A stretch of DNA of 64,000 nucleotides, taken from the IMG/VR virus record IMGVR_UViG_3300031417_000403, positions 123,133 to 187,132 of that record; one strand, given 5' to 3'. The translations under genes and the position numbers were made by a program. Position 1 is the first letter of the stretch; the number at the start of each line of letters is the position of its first letter. The stretch comes from a virus (lineage: Duplodnaviria > Heunggongvirae > Uroviricota > Caudoviricetes). Positions 63,313-64,000 of the stretch are shown here, one piece after another. The notes beneath the pieces were generated by a model. It was not told the origin of the DNA. It did not search any database and worked only from the letters and a program-made list of their open reading frames with translations.

Positions 63313-63990
63313 ATGACCCTCTTCGCTAAAGCCAAAGCAGTTACCGCCAAGCCGACCGCAGCTGCTAAAAAGACCAAGCAAGAAATCGCAATCTCGGGCA
63401 TTCAGAAACTTGCAGAAATGAAGGCCATGATGGCCAGCCTCGAAGCTGCGGCTAAGACCCTCGAGGGCGACATCAAGGAAGCCGGCTTCGGCGAGTTCCT
63501 GAACATGTCCGGTTCGGTTCGTCCGGAATCGTTCAAGGGCATCGACGGCAAGGCAAGCTGCTCGGTTGAAATGCGCAAGCGCGGCACCAACTCGGCGCTG
63601 AACGAAGCAGAAGTCGAAGTGCTCGAAAGCCTCGGTCTGAAGCCGTTCGAACAAGTCATCACGACCGAGATGTACGGCATCAACCCGGCCTACGCCGGCA
63701 ACGAAGAACTGATGGGCAAGGTTTCGGCAGCACTTGAAGAAATCGTGCCGGAAGACTTCTTCGTCCTGCAAGAAGGTGTGTCGAAGAAAGTCGTCGACGA
63801 CGCTCTGTGCGACGCAGCGTTCCAGATGCCTGCCGGCGACAACCGCGCCAAGGCCGTCCGCATCGTGACCACGATGGCTCTGAAGCCGAAGCTGAATGCT
63901 GACTACAACATGGCTACGCTGGCTTCGACGGTCGCCGGCTACATGGCTCCGGCTGAAGAAGAAGAAATCGCCGAAGCAAACCTGGGCTAA
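63313..63990 (+). CDS. hypothetical early protein
   Basis: Strong codon bias, own promoter. Confidence 0.75.
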   Translation: MTLFAKAKAVTAKPTAAAKKTKQEIAISGIQKLAEMKAMMASLEAAAKTLEGDIKEAGFGEFLNMSGSVRPESFKGIDGKASCSVEMRKRGTNSALNEAEVEVLESLGLKPFEQVITTEMYGINPAYAGNEELMGKVSAALEEIVPEDFFVLQEGVSKKVVDDALCDAAFQMPAGDNRAKAVRIVTTMALKPKLNADYNMATLASTVAGYMAPAEEEEIAEANLG

Positions 63991-64000
63991 TCAAGAACAA

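Noticed and set aside
1-64000. CRISPR array or tRNA/rRNA genes
   Set aside because: No regularly spaced repeats and no cloverleaf or rRNA-like sequence seen; intergenic gaps are short. A tRNAscan-SE run would be needed to exclude atypical tRNAs.
1-64000. Alternative genetic code (stop-codon recoding)
   Set aside because: Core genes are full length under code 11, and TAA, TGA and TAG all act as stops at coupled gene junctions.

Overview
64-kb segment of a large lytic T4-like (Tevenvirinae-distant, probably jumbo) myophage genome, gene-dense and mostly on the + strand. The HtrA/MucD-like protease hints at a betaproteobacterial host (inference). Recognisable modules: neck/tail morphogenesis (gp13, gp14, gp15, tail sheath gp18, tail tube gp19, a gp48/54-like protein), gp4 head-completion nuclease, small and large terminase, recombination/replication (gp32 SSB, UvsX, UvsY, UvsW), class Ia ribonucleotide reductase with glutaredoxin, a GH108 endolysin, a GIY-YIG homing endonuclease, and many small early ORFs. 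Two promoter classes are readable from the DNA: early TGTGCA/TTTGCA-N17-TATAAT and late (C)ATAAATA. The most striking observation is a set of late genes woven into the structural module whose products begin with a T4 internal-protein-like capsid-targeting leader (M-x-T/R-F-K-Q/E-F-L-x-E). It comprises nine divergent paralogues with an ADP-ribosyltransferase-like R...S...E motif order, a putative amidoligase and a zeta-like P-loop kinase. A second leader class (MKLDELL) marks a GNAT-like repeat family. Together they look like a virion-packaged, injected arsenal of modifying enzymes. All protein family calls are from motif recognition only; no database search was run.
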